Assembly (NCBI RefSeq): GCF_001194135.2
Contig: NC_069001.1
Coordinates: 15,802,423-15,866,422, forward strand
Direction: 5' to 3'
DNA length: 64,000 bases
Source of the DNA: Octopus bimaculoides
Lineage: Eukaryota
This document shows positions 63,311-64,000 of this stretch, one piece after another. The notes beneath the pieces were generated by a model. It did not search any database. It was not told the DNA's origin and saw only the letters and a program-made list of their open reading frames with translations. A program made the translations under genes and the position numbers. The stretch's first letter is position 1. The number at the start of each line of letters is the position of its first letter.

Positions 63311-63845
63311 CCTGGGACAACCCAAACCCCATCAAGCAAGAGCATGATAGCAAGCAGCAAGCAAGGCCATGCTGAAGCACCACGTTGAAGGGTTTTAGTT
63401 GAATAAATCAATTGCAGTACTTATTTTAAGCTTGGTACATATTCTATTGGTTTCTTTTGTCAAACTGCTAAATTAGGGGGACATAAACAAACCAACATCA
63501 GTTGTCAAGCAGCAGGCAATGGGAATGGTGTTGATAAGTACAGGCACAAAGATATGCACACAAATATATACAGGCTTCCACACAATTTCCATTGACCAAA
63601 TTCATTTACACAGCATTGGTTGGCCCAAGGTGCTGTACAGTGGGACTGAACCAAAAACCTCAGAGTTGCAAAGTGAGCTCCTTAACTACACTGCTATGAT
63701 GCATCTAAGGCAGGAGAAAAAAACAAAAACATAAAAATATGTTGGGAGGGAATTCCAGAGGATTGCATTATAGAGAGGAAGGACTGAAGAAGTGGAGTTC
63801 TATATTTAAGAGATGAGGAACTATGTACATTATTTACATTTGACA

Positions 63846-64000
63846 GGCATATGGCGTAGTGGTTAAGAGTGCGGGCTACTAACCCCAAGATTCCAAGTTC
63901 GATTCCAAGCAGTGACCTGAATATTAATAATAATAACAATCGAAAAATACCTTAGTAATGAGAACCCAGGTTCAAAATTTCCCCAAGACACCTGATGAAG
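63846..64000 (+). mobile_element. tRNA-derived SINE, truncated by the window end
   Basis: Head TGGCGTAGTGGTTAAG...AGTTCGATTCC (A and B boxes). Confidence 0.65.

Overview
AT-rich eukaryotic genomic DNA with many assembly gaps. The tRNA-derived SINEs, (TA)n/(CA)n/(GA)n/(TAA)n microsatellites and TTAGGG repeats look like an octopus (cephalopod mollusc) genome; this is an inference, not a database result. I reconstructed three spliced protein-coding genes by hand from GT-AG sites and exon phase. (1) Minus strand, 26256->11331: an ankyrin-repeat and SOCS-box (ASB-type) protein of about 546 aa, made of a 4-codon first coding exon plus one 1629-nt coding exon. (2) Plus strand, 30361->39007: four exons giving a 249-aa protein made almost entirely of three tandem MLLE/PABC domains, with no RRM or HECT domain. 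(3) Minus strand, entering from beyond the window end ->42563: an ODR-4 homolog with 10 exons visible and a C-terminal membrane anchor. The rest is repeats: many SINEs, RTE-like LINE fragments, one full-length decayed Tc1 (DD34E), a second Tc1 fragment, a Helitron fragment, piggyBac-like and hAT-like MITEs, a long-TIR element containing telomeric repeats, a solo-LTR-like insert and minisatellites. The two best leads are the RRM-less triple-MLLE protein and an apparently complete type I hammerhead ribozyme on the sense strand of its first intron, inside a ~540-bp insert with a candidate target-site duplication. Several long intronic fold-backs are also present. No CRISPR array, rRNA or true tRNA gene was found.
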